64,000 nucleotides of DNA from Callorhinchus milii (Eukaryota). The notes under the pieces were generated by a model. It was given only the letters and a program-made list of their open reading frames with translations, was not told the DNA's origin and did not search any database. This document shows, one piece after another, positions 63,725-64,000 of this stretch. The position numbers and the translations under genes were made by a program. Numbering within the stretch: position 1 is the stretch's first letter; each line of letters opens with the position of its first letter. Location of the stretch: NCBI RefSeq assembly GCF_018977255.1, contig NW_024704742.1, forward strand, positions 97,404,001-97,468,000, read 5' to 3'.

Positions 63725-63750
63725 GATGTTTCGGATTAAACCTTCCTCAG
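63725..63750 (-). ncRNA. Minimal hammerhead-ribozyme-like core (Penelope-type)
   Basis: The minus strand reads CTGAGGA-A-GG-TTTAAT-CC-GAAAC-ATC, i.e. CUGANGA plus a short helix II plus GAAA. Helix I pairing is weak. Confidence 0.4.
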
Positions 63751-64000
63751 ACCTTGCAGTTTTGCATCTCATCACTTCATTAGAAATGGTTCTAGTTATT
63801 ACAAATTAGGATAATAATAATAAAGGATAGCGGATAATAATAATTGATAATAATAATCATCCTTTAATTTGATACTGCTCCTGTTATGTTGGGCATCTCA
63901 AAGTGCTTCACAGGATTCACAGCAAAGTGTGGTGTATTTTGTTGGTAAATGTGGCAGTAAATTTGTACAAGTCAATGTCCCCCTAATTTCATCCAGAGGA

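Noticed and set aside
55180..64000. Downstream BNIP2/BCH-domain exons
   Set aside because: No MDIPF-, APNINLSLD- or BCH-like peptide was seen. They presumably lie beyond the window.

Overview
Eukaryotic (vertebrate) genomic DNA, most likely a cartilaginous fish; a chimaera/elephant-shark type genome is inferred from the repeat landscape of tRNA-headed L2-tailed SINEs, Deu-domain SINEs, L2, CR1 and Penelope-like ends. The window lies inside the PRUNE2 (BMCC1) gene on the + strand. It shows about 43.9 kb of repeat-rich intron, a 159-nt coding exon (43895-44053), a 2.2-kb intron, a giant 8,954-nt coding exon (46226-55179) and then more intron. No start or stop exon is visible. The giant exon holds (i) a hierarchical 30/60/120/228-nt tandem array encoding roughly 1,050 aa of acidic decad repeats and (ii) an older cryptic ~18-aa Trp-anchored repeat with many WxxF-acidic motifs. 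Its acceptor is followed immediately by a 5' splice-site motif. The introns contain two hammerhead-ribozyme-like cores (one in a 137-bp element with a perfect 15-bp target-site duplication), an L2+SINE pair at a triplicated target site, an L2 nested in a SINE at a recurrent breakpoint, a ~900-bp foldback and two long near-perfect hairpins. Family and orthology assignments come from recalled sequences, not database searches.
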